The notes below the pieces were generated by a model. That model was not told where the DNA came from, did no database searches, and saw nothing but the letters and a program-made list of their open reading frames with translations. The position numbers and the translations under genes are program-made. 32,000 bases of DNA from Psychrobacter sp. HD31 (GTDB lineage: Bacteria; Pseudomonadota; Gammaproteobacteria; Pseudomonadales; Moraxellaceae), in the NCBI RefSeq assembly GCF_051097895.1, contig NZ_CP142525.1, forward strand, positions 330,001 to 362,000, read 5' to 3'. Below are positions 31,823 through 32,000 of the stretch, in pieces; within the stretch, counting starts at the first letter, position 1, and each line of letters begins with the position of its first letter.

Positions 31823-32000
31823 ATGTCTAAATACAATCAATTTAGCCAATCTTTGTTTGGTACAAGCCCCTTGTTTGGCAAAGTGGGTACTTTTTTTCTT
31901 ATTGTTTTTGTATTGCTTTTTTTTGTGGTTACGCAAGTCGCAACATTGGTTATGGCAGCCTTTTTACTGATGCCAGCACAAATGGCAACCGATATAGATG
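31823..32000 (+). CDS. Hypothetical membrane protein, N-terminal fragment (runs off the window)
   Basis: The ATG at 31823 opens a frame that stays open to the window end. It has a hydrophobic segment 'FFLIVFVLLFFVV'. Function is unknown. Confidence 0.45.
   Translation, partial: MSKYNQFSQSLFGTSPLFGKVGTFFLIVFVLLFFVVTQVATLVMAAFLLMPAQMATDID

Noticed and set aside
1-32000. CRISPR arrays, insertion sequences, prophage, toxin-antitoxin or known defence-system genes
   Set aside because: I scanned intergenic regions and ORF translations. I saw no repeat-spacer structure, transposase/integrase/recombinase motifs, or nuclease/ATPase defence signatures.

Overview
AT-rich (roughly 40% GC by eye) gammaproteobacterial-type chromosomal segment. 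Q/N/K-rich insertions in otherwise conserved enzymes are reminiscent of Moraxellaceae, but taxonomy is unverified. I support about 40 protein-coding genes and one tRNA-Val(GAC). I saw no rRNA, CRISPR array, transposase or integrase. The left edge holds the C-terminal KR + carrier-protein end of a PKS/NRPS megasynthase. The centre (about 2.0-21.8 kb) is an unusually dense light / photo-oxidative-stress neighbourhood. It has three cryptochrome/photolyase-family (CPF) paralogs of visibly different clades: an atypical clade, a COG3046 FeS-BCP/(6-4)-type that lacks all Fe-S cysteine ligands, and a DASH type. It also has a fasciclin lipoprotein, lipocalin Blc, and an SDR / flavoprotein / DUF1365 / CFA-synthase-like / DUF2177 lipid-modification operon with a glutathione peroxidase inserted in it. 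Further members are a hotdog thioesterase with a MarR regulator, a TetR regulator coupled to a PHA-system small protein, and a same-strand string DCC-HAD-DUF2256-cryDASH-DUF3429-flavoprotein-SDR. These are the families I recall from the Rhodobacter sigmaE-ChrR singlet-oxygen regulon. Here they are physically merged, and no sigma/anti-sigma pair is in view. The right part holds a flavoprotein with a Cys-rich tail plus an ACR3/BASS-like permease, a 600-bp AT-rich spacer and tRNA-Val. Housekeeping genes follow: tcdA, a tatD-family gene, comEC with a degenerate metallo-beta-lactamase motif, sppA and an alpha/beta hydrolase. Non-coding signals worth follow-up are an exact 10-mer (ACGAACTATA) found three times only in intergenic DNA, a perfect 22-bp palindrome at the TetR promoter with degenerate copies elsewhere, and a GGATCC-N17-TAAGTT ECF-like promoter candidate. 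All family assignments rest on motif recognition by eye; no database search was possible.
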